A DNA stretch of 64,000 nt from Setoptus koraiensis (lineage: Eukaryota > Animalia > Arthropoda). Shown here piece after piece: positions 63,346-64,000 of the stretch (position 1 is its first letter; each line of letters opens with the position of its first letter). The stretch spans positions 2,976,001-3,040,000 of the forward strand of contig CM106585.1 of the NCBI GenBank assembly GCA_048013815.1, in the 5' to 3' direction. The position numbers were made by a program, and so were the translations under genes. A model generated the notes under the pieces. It did no database searches and was not told where the DNA came from. It saw only the letters and a program-made list of their open reading frames with translations.

Positions 63346-63732
63346 GGAGGGCGCTTCTCTATCACTCGCTATAGCTACTGTTCGTAGACTTGTATTTGAG
63401 GCAAATAATTCGCAGACTGGCAATCTGGAAGACAAATTTGTTGAAGATTGAATGACTTAATTGAGGAAAATGAGGTAGCTGTTGGGAACAGGAAAAAAGA
63501 AAAAGCGCTTTTATTACGGGGACCACATATTCAAGGAAACTCGTATCGCCATATTTGGCAAATCTGAATTTAGGGGTCGAAGAATCTGGATCTGAAAGAG
63601 AGGAGACCCACATAGATACTAATCAAAAAGTTAAATGTTTTGAAATGCACAGAAATAATTATTACATCTGGACCAGGAGAAACTGTTCTGGTTCCTGATG
63701 ATGTTGATGTTCGGGCTCCAGATCATTTTTAA
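63346..63732 (+). pseudogene. Possible frameshifted coding relic of unknown origin
   Basis: Four protein-like segments join through three apparent single-base frameshifts: SLAIATVRRLVFEANN...KFVED / LNDLIEENEVAVGNRKKEKALLLRGPHIQG / LANLNLGVEESGSEREETH / IITSGPGETVLVPDDVDVRAPDHF*. No family securely recognised. Confidence 0.25.
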
Positions 63733-64000
63733 ACAACTTCAAACAATCGGTCATCTCAGAGCGAATGGTGAAATTGCAGTGGCAATCAACCAATTACTAT
63801 TAGAATTTTATATAAGAACTCTTTATAATAATCAGTTGTAATTATATGTATATACATATGCCGTTGATTCCGTCAAACAATCCTCGATTGCCTTACTACC
63901 ATTGATAGTATGGCCCCAAACAATGAGACAGAAAAACGGCCTTCATATCTGACTACTGGAGGTTGCTTAAACTTCAATCAAACTACTCTTGCGACATTAG

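Overview
AT-rich eukaryotic (arthropod-like) genomic DNA with many microsatellites and two 500-N scaffold gaps (22646-23145, 45146-45645). The very long intronless exons, short residual introns and N/S/Q-rich insertions in conserved proteins suggest a compact, intron-poor genome such as an eriophyoid mite; that taxon call is inference. Recognisable genes, left to right: a ~1950-aa LRR single-pass membrane protein on the minus strand (runs off the window and is absent from the ORF track); a 3-exon Vps55/LEPROT gene tail-to-tail with a 2-exon STRIP1/FAM40 gene; a BTBD8-like double-BTB gene; a MyTH4-type unconventional myosin (probably class XXII) cut by the second gap; and a multi-exon Eps8/arouser gene on the minus strand whose 3' end is also missing at that gap. 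The most interesting content is three lineage-specific secreted-protein genes reconstructed by hand: a 282-aa orphan, a spliced cationic cysteine-rich peptide converging on it, and a His/Asp/Glu-rich protein nested antisense in an Eps8 intron. I found no tRNA, rRNA, CRISPR array or intact transposon. Everything was read by eye; no database search was run.
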